Shown: positions 36,141 to 45,695 of the stretch, piece after piece
Numbering within the stretch: the stretch's first letter is position 1
Layout of the letters: every line of letters starts with the position of its first letter
IMG/VR virus record: IMGVR_UViG_3300049139_000048
Coordinates: 1 to 47,784 of that record
From: a virus
Lineage: Duplodnaviria > Caudoviricetes
DNA: 47,784 bases
Reading direction: 5' to 3' (one strand)
The notes under the pieces: model-generated
What the model was told of the DNA's origin: nothing
Database searches by the model: none
The model's input: only the letters and a program-made list of their open reading frames with translations
Program-made: the position numbers and the translations under genes

Positions 36141-36612
36141 AACCCAAGAGCCAGCTATCACCCTGATCGACCTGAACGAGCAGGCGCTCGTCGTCACCGT
36201 CGACTACCAGGGCCGCGTGAAGTATCGGATCGGCAACGTGTGCCCGAACGGGATCGCCGGCCTGCTGCGCGAACTCGCCGAGCGGGTCGAGGCAAACCAC
36301 CCGCCCTTCCCGTGCCACTGGGACGAACGCCGCGGCGAGCCCGAGCCGACCGACCGGCCCGCCGAGCCGCTCGTGCCGGACCGGGGCAGCCTCGACGCCG
36401 ACGCGCAGGTGTGGACCGACGGCACCGGGCACCGGTGGGACCTGTCGGTGCCGTGGGACGACGTCACCGACGTCCGGTGGCACTGGACCGGTCGCATGGA
36501 CGGGCAGGGCGTGCCGCTGATGCGGAGCAACGACGGCGAGGAAACCGCGTCGCTGGACGTGATCCGCGCGGTGACGGGCCCGATCGCCCCCGTCGTGGGA
36601 ACGGAGGGCTGA
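36133..36612 (+). CDS. Hypothetical protein (Trp-rich C-terminal domain)
   Basis: GGAGG RBS; overlap with the upstream stop. Confidence 0.6.
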   Translation: MSETQEPAITLIDLNEQALVVTVDYQGRVKYRIGNVCPNGIAGLLRELAERVEANHPPFPCHWDERRGEPEPTDRPAEPLVPDRGSLDADAQVWTDGTGHRWDLSVPWDDVTDVRWHWTGRMDGQGVPLMRSNDGEETASLDVIRAVTGPIAPVVGTEG

Positions 36613-36615
36613 CCC

Positions 36616-37014
36616 ATGGGCTACATCACACACGTCACGGGCGAGTTCGCCATCGAACCGCCGCTCGCCTGGCCCGAGTTCAAGGGCAGCGAATTCGCCC
36701 CGCACAACATCACCTGCTCGAACCCCGACCTGATCCTGCGCGTCCACGAGACAACCGTCGACACCCCGGACGGGCCGCTGCTGCACCGCACGGCAACCGC
36801 GCTCGTCATGCGCGAGATCGACGAGTACCGGGCGTACAACCTGCTCAACCAGGTACAGAAGGCCGTCGACGCCTTCCCGGGCCACACGTTCACCGGCCGG
36901 CTGAACTGCGAAGGCCAGGAGAGCGACGACCTATGGCGCGTCGTCATCCGCGACGGCCGCGCCGTGAAGGTCAAACCGCGCATCGTGTGGCCAGACGAGG
37001 ACGGTGCCGCATGA
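36616..37014 (+). CDS. Hypothetical protein
   Basis: GGAGG RBS; MGY.T...G...I.PPL N-terminus. Confidence 0.65.
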   Translation: MGYITHVTGEFAIEPPLAWPEFKGSEFAPHNITCSNPDLILRVHETTVDTPDGPLLHRTATALVMREIDEYRAYNLLNQVQKAVDAFPGHTFTGRLNCEGQESDDLWRVVIRDGRAVKVKPRIVWPDEDGAA

Positions 37015-37631
37015 CGATCCCCGGACTCATCCCGGCCGGCGCCCGGTCGCCGGTCGTCGACCTGGTCGCCAGGGCCGCCGAGGGGCTGCGCGTGATCGGG
37101 CTCGACCTGTCGCTGACGTCGACCGGGATCTGCCTGCCCGACGGCAAGACCGCCCGGATCAAGACCCGGCAGAAGGACGGCGACCGGCGCCTGCAACAGA
37201 TCCGCGACTACATCGCCGCCGCGGTCGAGGCCGAACGCCCGGACGTCGTCGTGATCGAGGACTTGCCCAAGCACGCCATGGCGGCCGGGATCACCGCGCA
37301 GGTGCACGGCCCGGTGAAGTGCGTCCTGCTCGACGCTCGGGTGCCATACACCACGGTCGTCCCGGCGACGCTCAAGAGCTTTGCCTGCGACCACGGCAAC
37401 GCCGACAAGTCGCGCATGGCTGCGGCGGCGTACCTCGCGGCCGGGGTCGAGTTCGTCGACGACAAGGGCGGCGACCAGTGCGACGCGTGGTGGCTGCGGG
37501 CCGCCGGCCACGACGCGTACGGGGTGCCGTTGTTCGACCTGCCGCAGGCGCAGCGGGACCGGCTGTCAAAGGTCGAGTGGCCCAACCTTCTTCCGCAGCG
37601 ATTCGTGATGGGGGTCCGCGATGAGCCGTGA
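37011..37631 (+). CDS. RuvC-like Holliday junction resolvase
   Basis: VIGLDLSLTSTG, VVIED, P.TLKSFA..GNADK..M, DQCDA. Confidence 0.88.
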   Translation: MTIPGLIPAGARSPVVDLVARAAEGLRVIGLDLSLTSTGICLPDGKTARIKTRQKDGDRRLQQIRDYIAAAVEAERPDVVVIEDLPKHAMAAGITAQVHGPVKCVLLDARVPYTTVVPATLKSFACDHGNADKSRMAAAAYLAAGVEFVDDKGGDQCDAWWLRAAGHDAYGVPLFDLPQAQRDRLSKVEWPNLLPQRFVMGVRDEP

Positions 37632-38403
37632 TCACGGATACGCCCGGTACAAGCTCGACGGCTGCCGCTGCTACACCTGCGGGTTCGCCGTCTCCCAGTA
37701 CAACGACACCCGCGAACGGGCCATCGCCTACGGCACATGGCAGCCGTACGTCGATGCCGCACCGGTACGCGAGCACCTGCTGCGTCTCAAGTCCTGCGAC
37801 ATGGGCCTGCGGACGATCGCCGCCGTCGCCAAGGTGGACCGCAAGCGGCTGCAGGGCATCCTCACAGGCCGGCCCGAGCGTGGCACCGGCCCTCAGGAGA
37901 AGGTGAGGCCCGCCCTCGCCGCCGCGGTGCTCGCCGTCGAACCGACCCTCGAGAACCTTGCGCCGTCCACGCTGATCAGTCCCGTCGGTACCCAGCGTCG
38001 TGCGCACGCCCTGGTCGCGGTCGGCTGGCCGCAGCGGCACCTCGCGGCACATCTCGGCATGCTGCCGGGCAACTTCGGTTCCATGCTCGCCTGCGAGCAC
38101 GTTCTCGTGCGCCGCGCGCTCGCCGTGCGCTCGATGTACGACGACCTGTGGCGAGCCGACCCGGCAGAACACGGCGCGACTCACGGTGGGATCACCAGGG
38201 CGCGGCGACACGCGGCCGCGCACGGTTGGGCGCCGGTAGGGGCGTGGGACGACGACACGATCGACGACCCGTCTGCCTTCCCCGACTGGACTGGCCGTTG
38301 TGGAACACCGGCGGGGCCCGGCGCTCATTACCAGGCCCGTACGCCCGTATGCCAGCCGTGCCGGGATGCCCGTACGGCGGCACGCCAGGCGGTGCTGGCG
38401 TGA
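37621..38403 (+). CDS. DNA-binding protein (GCRC motif, two HTH-like regions, C-terminal Zn motif)
   Basis: HGYARYKLDGCRCYTC; MGLRTIAAVAKV; RRAHALVAVGW; CGTPAG...H...CQPC. Confidence 0.7.
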   Translation: MSRDHGYARYKLDGCRCYTCGFAVSQYNDTRERAIAYGTWQPYVDAAPVREHLLRLKSCDMGLRTIAAVAKVDRKRLQGILTGRPERGTGPQEKVRPALAAAVLAVEPTLENLAPSTLISPVGTQRRAHALVAVGWPQRHLAAHLGMLPGNFGSMLACEHVLVRRALAVRSMYDDLWRADPAEHGATHGGITRARRHAAAHGWAPVGAWDDDTIDDPSAFPDWTGRCGTPAGPGAHYQARTPVCQPCRDARTAARQAVLA

Positions 38404-38684
38404 CCGGGGCAGTCGGCGCCGGGCCGACGATCGCGCTCCCGCACCCCGGGTACGGGCTGCGGATCCGCCTCGACCACGCGAAGGCGAAGACCCTCGCAGC
38501 CGCCGACTTCGCGTGCTCGTGCGGAGCGCCGTCCGAGGACGCGTTCGGCTACGAGGACGTCGAGTCGCTCGTGATCCGAGCCGAGCGGCACATGCGCGAC
38601 GACTGCCCCAACCCCGACGTACGAGCGGCCGCTGCCCTGCGCAGCCACCGCCGCAAAGAGCAGCAGAAGCGAAAGAGGAAGTGA
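38400..38684 (+). CDS. Hypothetical protein
   Basis: GTGA coupling; CSC...H...C. Confidence 0.6.
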   Translation: MTGAVGAGPTIALPHPGYGLRIRLDHAKAKTLAAADFACSCGAPSEDAFGYEDVESLVIRAERHMRDDCPNPDVRAAAALRSHRRKEQQKRKRK

Positions 38685-38689
38685 TCAGC

Positions 38690-39130
38690 ATGCCAAGGCT
38701 CGGCAAGCACGACCCCGTCGAGATCAAGCTCGACAGCGGCGCCGCCATGGTGCACGCCGCAATCCCGCCCGAGATGCGGCGTGGACTGTTCGAGCGGCCC
38801 GGAGACTCGATCTTCGCCGTCGTGCAGCTCACCAGCACCTCATACACCGGGCACGCCGACGGTGAAGAGAAGGACGCGCAGGTGAAGGTGCGCATCACGC
38901 TGTGCGAGGTCGCCCTCGATAACAAGCGGGCCGAGCAGATCGCCGAGCTGATGCGGGCGCTCATGCGGTACCGGAAGACGGAGGGCACCTTCGACGGTGA
39001 GAACGGCATCGCTGAGGCCGACGTCGAGATCGCCGTCGCCGACGCGCTCCGGACACTGCCCACGGAAGCCGAGTACGAGGCATATCAGGAACGGAAGCGG
39101 CGCGGCAGCCGGATCGAGCAGCACGCGTGA
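38690..39130 (+). CDS. Hypothetical protein
   Basis: GAGG RBS; alternative GTG start at 38681. Confidence 0.65.
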   Translation: MPRLGKHDPVEIKLDSGAAMVHAAIPPEMRRGLFERPGDSIFAVVQLTSTSYTGHADGEEKDAQVKVRITLCEVALDNKRAEQIAELMRALMRYRKTEGTFDGENGIAEADVEIAVADALRTLPTEAEYEAYQERKRRGSRIEQHA

Positions 39131-39447
39131 CCAGGGAACCGCGGGCCGGTGCCGCACGGCGGCAGAAGTGCCGCTGCGGCCGAACCGTGCTGCGGCAGCT
39201 CGTCGGCCGAATCGCCGCACTCGACGTCACCGCCGACGCTGCACCGCTCACCCCCGCGGCGGCCGCCGCCCTGCGTGAACCGAACCGGCTCGACTGGTGC
39301 CTGCGCACCACGAAAGCCGGGCTCGAGCTCATGTGGGCCGACTGCCGCCGGCGCAGCACCCCGTGCGGCCGCGAGCACGTGATCGACCACCAGTGCACCG
39401 GCCCCGCGGTTCCCGCCGCACCCACCGCCGTACAGCTCACGCTCTGA
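39127..39447 (+). CDS. Hypothetical protein
   Basis: GTGA coupling; CRC...H..DH.C. Confidence 0.6.
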   Translation: MTREPRAGAARRQKCRCGRTVLRQLVGRIAALDVTADAAPLTPAAAAALREPNRLDWCLRTTKAGLELMWADCRRRSTPCGREHVIDHQCTGPAVPAAPTAVQLTL

Positions 39448-39462
39448 ACCTCTGGAGACACC

Positions 39463-40230
39463 ATGCCGTTCTTCGTCGTCGACGACGGGGCGCACAGCCA
39501 CCCGAAGATGATGGCTGCGGGCAATGCGGCCGTTGGTCTGTGGTCGCGGATCGGCTCGTACGTGGCGCAGCACCTCACCGACGGGCACGTGCCGGGTGAC
39601 GTGGCGAAGATGTACGGCACCGCCCCGCAGATCCGCAAGCTGGTCGCGGTCGGACTCTGGCACGACCATGCGCACACCTGCGGCCGCTGCCCCGCCGTTC
39701 GGCCGGGCGACTACCACATGCACGACTATGCCGAGTCCGGCAACCCGACCCGCGCCGAGGTCCTCGCCCGCAGGAAGCGCGAGGCGGATAAGAAGCGGGC
39801 GTACCGGGACCGGCAGGCGGGGCAGCAGATGCGGCTCGACGACCCGCCGCCCCCGCCGCCGCGGCGGCAGCACGACCCCGAGCCGGCGCCCGCACGCACC
39901 GGGATCCCCGCCGACTGGGAGCCGTCTGCCGACGACGTGCGGGCCGCGCAGCTCGCCCGCGCCGAGGACGGGCAGCCGCAGCTCACCGCCGACCAGGTCG
40001 ACGCCGTCACAAGGAAGTTCGTGCGCCGGATGCTCGACGACGGCACCCGCGCCGCAGCGTGGGGCGGCCGGTGGCAGCAGTGGGCCGAGAACGAACGCAC
40101 CGACCGCGAACCGTCCGGCGGCGGGGTGGTCGTCCGGCCCCCGTTCGGACAGCAGCCCATGACCAAAGGACAGCAGCAGCGCGCCGGCCTCGACCGGCTG
40201 CGCGAGCGCATGCAGGGAGGCACCGCGTGA
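39463..40230 (+). CDS. Putative phage replication initiator
   Basis: MPFFVVDD..HSHPK...AVGLW...TDG.VP...LV..GLW...HDY pattern of actinophage initiator-like proteins; IPADWEP. Confidence 0.6.
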   Translation: MPFFVVDDGAHSHPKMMAAGNAAVGLWSRIGSYVAQHLTDGHVPGDVAKMYGTAPQIRKLVAVGLWHDHAHTCGRCPAVRPGDYHMHDYAESGNPTRAEVLARRKREADKKRAYRDRQAGQQMRLDDPPPPPPRRQHDPEPAPARTGIPADWEPSADDVRAAQLARAEDGQPQLTADQVDAVTRKFVRRMLDDGTRAAAWGGRWQQWAENERTDREPSGGGVVVRPPFGQQPMTKGQQQRAGLDRLRERMQGGTA

Positions 40231-40724
40231 ACGTCGACGAAACCATCGAACTGTTTCAGCAGATCTCGCTGATCGACGACCGTGTCGTGCGGATCGACGA
40301 GACCGAGCAGGCGGCGCAGCTCACGCTGTGGGCGGCCGTGCTGCGCGAGGTGCCGTTCGAGTTCGCCGGGCAGGCGATCGGCGAGCACTACGCCGAGTCG
40401 GCGTGGCCGATCATGCCGAAGGACATCGCGGCCCGGTGGCGCAAGGTTGCCCGCGACCGGCTCGCCCGGCACACGGGCACGTTCGAGCCGACCCGGCACC
40501 CGCGGCTCGACCCCGACGACATCCCGGGCTATCGGGCGGCGCTGCGGGCGCAGCGGCACGCAGTGCGCTGCGGGGGCGAGCAGCCGGTCGAGTGGCGGGC
40601 CCTGACCGCCGGTGACGCGGTGCCGAGCAGCGCGGGCGAGCCGACCGACGAGTACCGGCGGGCACGGGAGTTGCTGCGCCGGCTGCGGTCGGATGCCGAT
40701 GCCGATGCCGAGCAGGTGGCGTGA
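40227..40724 (+). CDS. Putative helicase loader-like partner
   Basis: Follows the initiator; W...L..VP...A..A...HY.....IMP.DI. Confidence 0.45.
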   Translation: MNVDETIELFQQISLIDDRVVRIDETEQAAQLTLWAAVLREVPFEFAGQAIGEHYAESAWPIMPKDIAARWRKVARDRLARHTGTFEPTRHPRLDPDDIPGYRAALRAQRHAVRCGGEQPVEWRALTAGDAVPSSAGEPTDEYRRARELLRRLRSDADADAEQVA

Positions 40725-40999
40725 TGGCGTTCGCGGCCCGCACGGTGTGGGCGGTCGAATGCAACCGGTGCGGCGTCTCGTTCGCCGACCCCGAGGACGA
40801 CGCCGAGGTGCTGCTGCTCGACACCGTCGAGGGCGCCGACAGTCTCGCCGCCGAAATGTGCCGCACCGGATGGGTCGCGGTCGGCGGCACCCGGCACTTC
40901 TGCCCGCCGTGCGTGGTCGTCGAGCAGGCCGCGGTCATGGACCGGCTCGCGATCGAGTCGACGCACGAGCCGCTTCCATTCGACGGCGGTGACGCGTGA
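40721..40999 (+). CDS. Small Zn-ribbon hypothetical protein
   Basis: CNRC...GW...HFCPPC. Confidence 0.6.
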   Translation: MMAFAARTVWAVECNRCGVSFADPEDDAEVLLLDTVEGADSLAAEMCRTGWVAVGGTRHFCPPCVVVEQAAVMDRLAIESTHEPLPFDGGDA

Positions 41000-41196
41000 T
41001 GTACGCCCGCACCGAACGCTCCCAGATTCCCGACGCCGTCGCCGCTGTGGTGGCCGCGGTCGTCGCCGACCACCCGCAGGCAGGCCCGGACGCGATCGGC
41101 CGCCTGACCGTGCTGGAACTCGCCCGCGAGGGCTGGCACATCACCCCCGACGCGCTGCTGCGTCGGGCCGAGACCCGCATGCCCACCACGCCCTGA
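40996..41196 (+). CDS. Hypothetical protein
   Basis: Start/stop coupling. Confidence 0.55.
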   Translation: MMYARTERSQIPDAVAAVVAAVVADHPQAGPDAIGRLTVLELAREGWHITPDALLRRAETRMPTTP

Positions 41197-41206
41197 AGGA
41201 CCCGCC

Positions 41207-41764
41207 ATGGAACAGACCTCTCTACTCCCGCTGACTCCCACTTCGCGGCCCGAGTACCGGCCGATCACGCACCGAACCGTCGAGTTCAGCGACTGCGGCC
41301 GATACCGCTACCGGCTCACCCGCGAGTGGGACGACACCCGGCCGCCCGCCACGTTCGTCATGCTCAACCCGTCCACGGCTGACGCAGACCGGGACGACCC
41401 GACCGTGCGCAAGTGCGTGCGGTACGCGCAGCGGTGGGACTGCGGCTCACTCGTCGTCGTCAACCTGTACGCGTACCGGGCGACGAACCCGAACGACCTG
41501 CCCGCCGACGAGCCGACACGCATCGGCCCGGCCGGCGACGGGTGGCTGACGCAGGCCGCGCTCGACGCCCTCGAATCGGGCGGTCCGCTCGTCGCTGCGT
41601 GGGGTGCGAGGGCGACCGAGCAGCGGGTCGCCGATGTGCTCACTCTGCCGGGCATGGACCGTCTGCAGTGCCTCGCAGTGACGTCGGCGGGGATGCCGCG
41701 GCATCCGCTGTACGTGCGGGATGCGGCGCCGCTCGTCGACTGGACGCCGGCGGGTGCCCGATGA
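41207..41764 (+). CDS. DUF1643 family protein
   Basis: YRYRLTREW, FVMLNPSTAD...DDPT, VNLYAYRAT.P, AAWG, PRHPLY. Confidence 0.88.
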   Translation: MEQTSLLPLTPTSRPEYRPITHRTVEFSDCGRYRYRLTREWDDTRPPATFVMLNPSTADADRDDPTVRKCVRYAQRWDCGSLVVVNLYAYRATNPNDLPADEPTRIGPAGDGWLTQAALDALESGGPLVAAWGARATEQRVADVLTLPGMDRLQCLAVTSAGMPRHPLYVRDAAPLVDWTPAGAR

Positions 41765-41934
41765 CCGGCCCGAGCCGGCTGCCGCACGGATGGCACGCCC
41801 GGGAACCCCGCGCGCAGGTGCTCGGCACCGTTGAGCAGGTCGTCGACGACGACGCCCCCGACCCGGCGCCCGCTCGGAACCGATCCGACCGCCGGGCGGC
41901 CGCCCGCGCACTCAAGAAGGGCAAGCGCCGATGA
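41761..41934 (+). CDS. Small hypothetical protein
   Basis: ATGA coupling at both ends. Confidence 0.5.
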   Translation: MTGPSRLPHGWHAREPRAQVLGTVEQVVDDDAPDPAPARNRSDRRAAARALKKGKRR

Positions 41935-42125
41935 ACAACCCGAAGCGGGTCGCCGCCCGCGCCGTCGCCATCACCACCGGCGCCGCCATCGTCGCCGGGA
42001 TCTCGACCGGCGCCTACCTCGACGCCGGCGGGTGGCCGGCCGTGGCTGTCGTGTGGGGCATGGCTGCCGTGCTGCTCGGTCTGGCCCGCGCGTTCGTGTG
42101 GGCCGTCGACAACTGGAACGCATGA
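41931..42125 (+). CDS. Small two-TM membrane protein
   Basis: Two hydrophobic helices; coupling. Confidence 0.6.
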   Translation: MNNPKRVAARAVAITTGAAIVAGISTGAYLDAGGWPAVAVVWGMAAVLLGLARAFVWAVDNWNA

Positions 42126-42574
42126 TGACGACCCTGCCGAACGGCTACTACGCCGCCATCGACCCCTCCGACCCGACCACGATGACCTACTGGCGATCCC
42201 ACAACGGCATCGTCTCCGTCTGGCCGAAGCGTGCATGGTACGGACCCGCCCGGCCCCTGAAGCGCGACGCCCCGGCCGACGCCGACGAGCGGATCGCGTG
42301 GCTACGCGAGTGGCAGGCTGGATACCTGAAGTGGCTCCGGAGTGTCCATGCCGTGATCGACCAGGACCCGGCCGCCGCTCGCCGCCTGTTCGCTGATCTG
42401 TCGACGCGCTGCTGCCAATGCGGCCGCGCCCTGACCGACGACCGGTCCAAGGTGCTCGGCGTTGGCCCTGAGTGCCGCCGGGACCTTGACGAGGCGATGC
42501 TCGCGCAGCTCGTCACACCCGCGATCGCCGCCGCACACGCGGTCCGCACTGCCGAGGAAGGACTGCACCGATGA
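42122..42574 (+). CDS. DUF6011-like Zn-finger protein
   Basis: CCQCGRALTDDRS...GVGPEC. Confidence 0.7.
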   Translation: MMTTLPNGYYAAIDPSDPTTMTYWRSHNGIVSVWPKRAWYGPARPLKRDAPADADERIAWLREWQAGYLKWLRSVHAVIDQDPAAARRLFADLSTRCCQCGRALTDDRSKVLGVGPECRRDLDEAMLAQLVTPAIAAAHAVRTAEEGLHR

Positions 42575-42984
42575 CCGTCCGCTCACCCGAAAGTGCCGTC
42601 GACAACCTGCGCATGATCCTGCACGACGTATTCGCCGACCGGCCCGGCGCGCAGCAGCTGCTCGACGACGTCACCCGCGAACTCACCGGCCGCACAGTCG
42701 TCCACCGCGACCAGGACGTACAACCGCGCCGGTTCGTCCTGCGCCGCACCGTCGACGTGTCCGGCGTCAGCGGTACCGGAATGGTTGCCGACGGCGTGCT
42801 GTGGCCCGACGGCACAGCCTCGATCCGGTGGCGCGAGGAACACCCGAGCATCGTGTTCTGGGACCGCGGCCGCGTGTCGGTCGAGTTCATCCACGGACAC
42901 GGCGGCGCGACCACGATCGAGTGGCTCGACGACGAGCCGGCCGACGTGCCCGAGCAGCGCGGCGTGCAGGCCGGGGGCCAATGA
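42571..42984 (+). CDS. Conserved actinophage hypothetical protein
   Basis: RRFVLRR..DVSGVSGTG.VADGV.W.DG...HGH.GAT. Confidence 0.7.
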   Translation: MTVRSPESAVDNLRMILHDVFADRPGAQQLLDDVTRELTGRTVVHRDQDVQPRRFVLRRTVDVSGVSGTGMVADGVLWPDGTASIRWREEHPSIVFWDRGRVSVEFIHGHGGATTIEWLDDEPADVPEQRGVQAGGQ

Positions 42985-43286
42985 TGAGCAACCACATCGA
43001 GCCGTTCCCCCACCTCACCCCTACAACCCGCAAGGGTGACGCTCGCTGCGGTTCGAGGTCCGCCGAAGGTGCCCCCGAGTGTGGCGCGCCCGCCACATGG
43101 CATGTCGCCTGGACCCTCACCACACCCGCGCAGTTCTCCCTGCATTGCGACACGCACATGGCCTTCGTGCAGCAGCACATGGTGTACGCCGACCGGCACC
43201 CGGTCGCAGTGGCGTGCGACATGCCCGGTACGGGATGGCTGACCACGGATCCGTCGCTGTGCACGCTTCCCCCAGGGGCCGACTGA
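42981..43286 (+). CDS. Cys/His-rich hypothetical protein
   Basis: Coupling; CGAPATWH...CDTH. Confidence 0.6.
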   Translation: MMSNHIEPFPHLTPTTRKGDARCGSRSAEGAPECGAPATWHVAWTLTTPAQFSLHCDTHMAFVQQHMVYADRHPVAVACDMPGTGWLTTDPSLCTLPPGAD

Positions 43287-43873
43287 TGCCGATCCGACCC
43301 GAGAACCGCGACCGGTACCCCGCCGACTGGCCGGAGATCAGTGTGTCGATCCGGTTCGACCGTGCCGCCGGCCGGTGCGAGTGCGTCGGCGAGTGCGGCC
43401 GCGGCACGCACGCCGGCCGGTGCCCGAACGAGCACGGCGGCGAGGCGTACGGCACCGGCTCGCGCGTGGTGCTCACCGTCGCGCACCTCGACCACACCCC
43501 CGAGAACTGCCAACCCGGCAACCTGCGCGCCATGTGCCAGGGCTGCCACCTGCACTACGACCGTGACCACCACCGGCAGACCGCCGCCGCGACCCGCCGC
43601 GCAGCGATCGAAGCGGCCGGGCAGCTCGCCCTCGAACTCGGCGAGTTCACGTTCGACCCCGACCTCGACGAGTCCGACGACTACGGCGACGAGTACGACC
43701 TCGAAAGGCTGATCGACGACGACGCCGAGTTCTACGACGAGCGGCCCCGGATCCGCGGCGAGTACAGCCGGCCCGCGACCCGGGCCCCGATTTGGCTCGA
43801 CCGATCCCGGACCCTTGTCGACCTGCCGCCGCTCGACAACTACCTGCCCACCGTCCTTACGGAGGCCGCGTGA
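43286..43873 (+). CDS. HNH-like endonuclease with acidic C-terminal extension
   Basis: MPIRPEN..RYP.DW, RCEC, VLTVAHLDH.PEN...NLRAMCQ.CHL.YD. Confidence 0.75.
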   Translation: MPIRPENRDRYPADWPEISVSIRFDRAAGRCECVGECGRGTHAGRCPNEHGGEAYGTGSRVVLTVAHLDHTPENCQPGNLRAMCQGCHLHYDRDHHRQTAAATRRAAIEAAGQLALELGEFTFDPDLDESDDYGDEYDLERLIDDDAEFYDERPRIRGEYSRPATRAPIWLDRSRTLVDLPPLDNYLPTVLTEAA

Positions 43874-44130
43874 TGCCCGGTTCCCCGCAGCAGTTCGCAC
43901 GCCTCGCCGTGCTGCTCGCCGAAACGACCGACCCCGAAACGATCGACCGGCTGCTCGACCAGTGGCTCGACTACGGCCGACTGGCGACCGAGTTCGACGT
44001 CGAGAAGTGGGGATTTCCGCCCGGCTGGTGCTCGAAGGAGCGGCGCGAGTTGATGCGCCGGGCCCGCCACTCGACGGGGGTTGTCCCGCTCGACGACGCC
44101 CTCGGCACTACGGAAGGAACCGCAGCGTGA
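43873..44130 (+). CDS. Hypothetical protein
   Basis: GGAGG RBS; coupling. Confidence 0.55.
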   Translation: MPGSPQQFARLAVLLAETTDPETIDRLLDQWLDYGRLATEFDVEKWGFPPGWCSKERRELMRRARHSTGVVPLDDALGTTEGTAA

Positions 44131-44306
44131 CCGCTTCACACGTCGACTGCCCCGAGCAGTGCGAGATTCCCGACGGCGTCGACCTGACCGAGGTCCCCCG
44201 CCCCCGTCACGCATGGGGCGATGTCCTGAACTGCCCCAACGACGGATGCGGTCGATCCTTCATGGTCCGGCAGACCAGCGGCGCCGAGACCGACACGAGC
44301 ACCTGA
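44127..44306 (+). CDS. Small Cys-containing hypothetical protein
   Basis: AAGGA RBS; GTGA coupling. Confidence 0.55.
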   Translation: MTASHVDCPEQCEIPDGVDLTEVPRPRHAWGDVLNCPNDGCGRSFMVRQTSGAETDTST

Positions 44307-44395
44307 CCGACGCGAACGGGGCGCCCCCATCCGGCCAGATGTCCGGGGCGCCCCACACGGTGCGATCACCCTACGCGCCACAGGAGACACCCGCC

Positions 44396-45313
44396 ATGAG
44401 CAACCGCACGCCCGCCGAGAACCTGCAGCACGTCATCGACCACTGGGACCACCTGCGCGCCCTGCTCGACACCGCCGACCCCGGCCAGACGTGGCCGCCA
44501 CAGAAGCCGGGCGTCGAGTACCTGCGCGCCCTCGACGACCAGGACGCCGCCGAAGTGTCCGCCGAGCAGCAGCTCGCCGCCGCGATCGCGCACGCCCTCG
44601 ACCACCCGCAGCGGCTCGTCACAACCCGACACCACACCGGGCAGCTGTACTACGAGTGCGCATTCTGCGAGCGCGTCGGCGAGGGACACAGCCACCCCGT
44701 CCGCGAGGACCGCGACCCGGCGCAGCTCGGCGAACGCCCGGTGCCGATCCGGCTGCACGTCGCCGACGCCTGCCGTGCGATCGAAGTCGCCCTCTGCGGG
44801 CTCGCCGACTCGATCGCATCCCGCGATGCCCTCGACCCTGCCGACTGGCACGGCACCGACCGGGCGCAGCGCACCGTTCCGGCCGCCGCCCGCTACCTGC
44901 TCGGCCGGCTCGGCGGCCCGTGCTGCGGGACGCACGACACGGAGCAAGCGCGGATCGCCGAGTTCGCCCGCGAGGCCGCGGCCCGGCTCGACCGCGTCCT
45001 CGGCATCAGCCGCACCTCGGCAGTCATGCCCGGCCGGCCGTGCCCCTGGTGCGGTGGCGACCTGGTGCTGCACACCGAGGCCGAGACCGTGATGAGCGTG
45101 ACCTGCTCGACCGGGCTCGTCGACTGTGCGGCGCCCGTCGCGTTCGACGTCGACCGCCGGGCCCGGGTGTGGTCGACGCCCGAGCAGCTCGCCGGGCTGC
45201 AGAAGGCGCTCGACGCCGCCGAGCGGAAGCGCGCCGAGGCGGAGCAGCGGGCGAAGCGGGCCGAGGCACGGCGGCAGCAGCGGGCCGCGGCGAAGAGCCG
45301 GGCTGCGGCGTAG
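44396..45313 (+). CDS. Zn-finger hypothetical protein at the end of the early operon
   Basis: AGGAG RBS; CAFC, CPWCGG.L...C...C; followed by a terminator. Confidence 0.7.
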   Translation: MSNRTPAENLQHVIDHWDHLRALLDTADPGQTWPPQKPGVEYLRALDDQDAAEVSAEQQLAAAIAHALDHPQRLVTTRHHTGQLYYECAFCERVGEGHSHPVREDRDPAQLGERPVPIRLHVADACRAIEVALCGLADSIASRDALDPADWHGTDRAQRTVPAAARYLLGRLGGPCCGTHDTEQARIAEFAREAAARLDRVLGISRTSAVMPGRPCPWCGGDLVLHTEAETVMSVTCSTGLVDCAAPVAFDVDRRARVWSTPEQLAGLQKALDAAERKRAEAEQRAKRAEARRQQRAAAKSRAAA

Positions 45314-45328
45314 GATCCGGGCAGACAG

Positions 45329-45365
45329 CAGCGCCCCCGCCGATCTCCCTTCGGCGGGGGCGCTG
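45329..45365. terminator. Bidirectional terminator
   Basis: CAGCGCCCCCGCCGA-TCTCCCT-TCGGCGGGGGCGCTG, 15-bp stem between convergent genes. Confidence 0.8.
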
Positions 45366-45378
45366 TCGTGTCGAGCCG

Positions 45379-45630
45379 CTACTGCTCGGGCTGTTCGAGG
45401 TCAGTTCGCCGGCCCGGCCGTAGCGGGTGCGCCTCGAAGTACGCGGCGACCTCGCTGCGCCGGTATCGCGGCCGCGTGCTGCCCGGTGTCCCGACCGGCT
45501 GCGGAAAGCCCGAGTCGGGGTTCGCGCGCAGACCGTGCAGTGTCTGCCGACTGACGCCGTGCTCGGCGCAGATCTCGGCGATCGTCATGGGCTGATCACC
45601 GCTCTCGGGTGGGGTCGGCTCGTCCGGCAC
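45379..45630 (-). CDS. AlpA/excisionase-like (MerR-type wHTH) DNA-binding protein
   Basis: MTIAEICAEHGVSRQTL...FPQP...YRRSEV..Y; start is GTG 45630 or ATG 45588. Confidence 0.75.
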   Translation of the reverse strand: MPDEPTPPESGDQPMTIAEICAEHGVSRQTLHGLRANPDSGFPQPVGTPGSTRPRYRRSEVAAYFEAHPLRPGRRTDLEQPEQ

Positions 45631-45647
45631 GGGCTCATCCTCTCCGA

Positions 45648-45681
45648 ACCTCTTGACAATGTAAAGAGGTCTCCGTACGTT
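45648..45681 (+). promoter_or_regulatory. Housekeeping-sigma promoter overlapped by a palindromic operator
   Basis: TTGACA (45653-45658)-N17-TACGTT (45676-45681); palindrome ACCTCTTgACAaTGTaAAGAGGT at 45648-45670. Confidence 0.75.
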
Positions 45682-45695
45682 CGTAATCGCAGAAA

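Noticed and set aside
44317-44354. Twin GGGGCGCCCC palindromes forming a hairpin; similar lone hairpins near 21441 and 29631
   Set aside because: Single GC-rich intergenic hairpins with no shared loop or U-tract; not enough to assign a function
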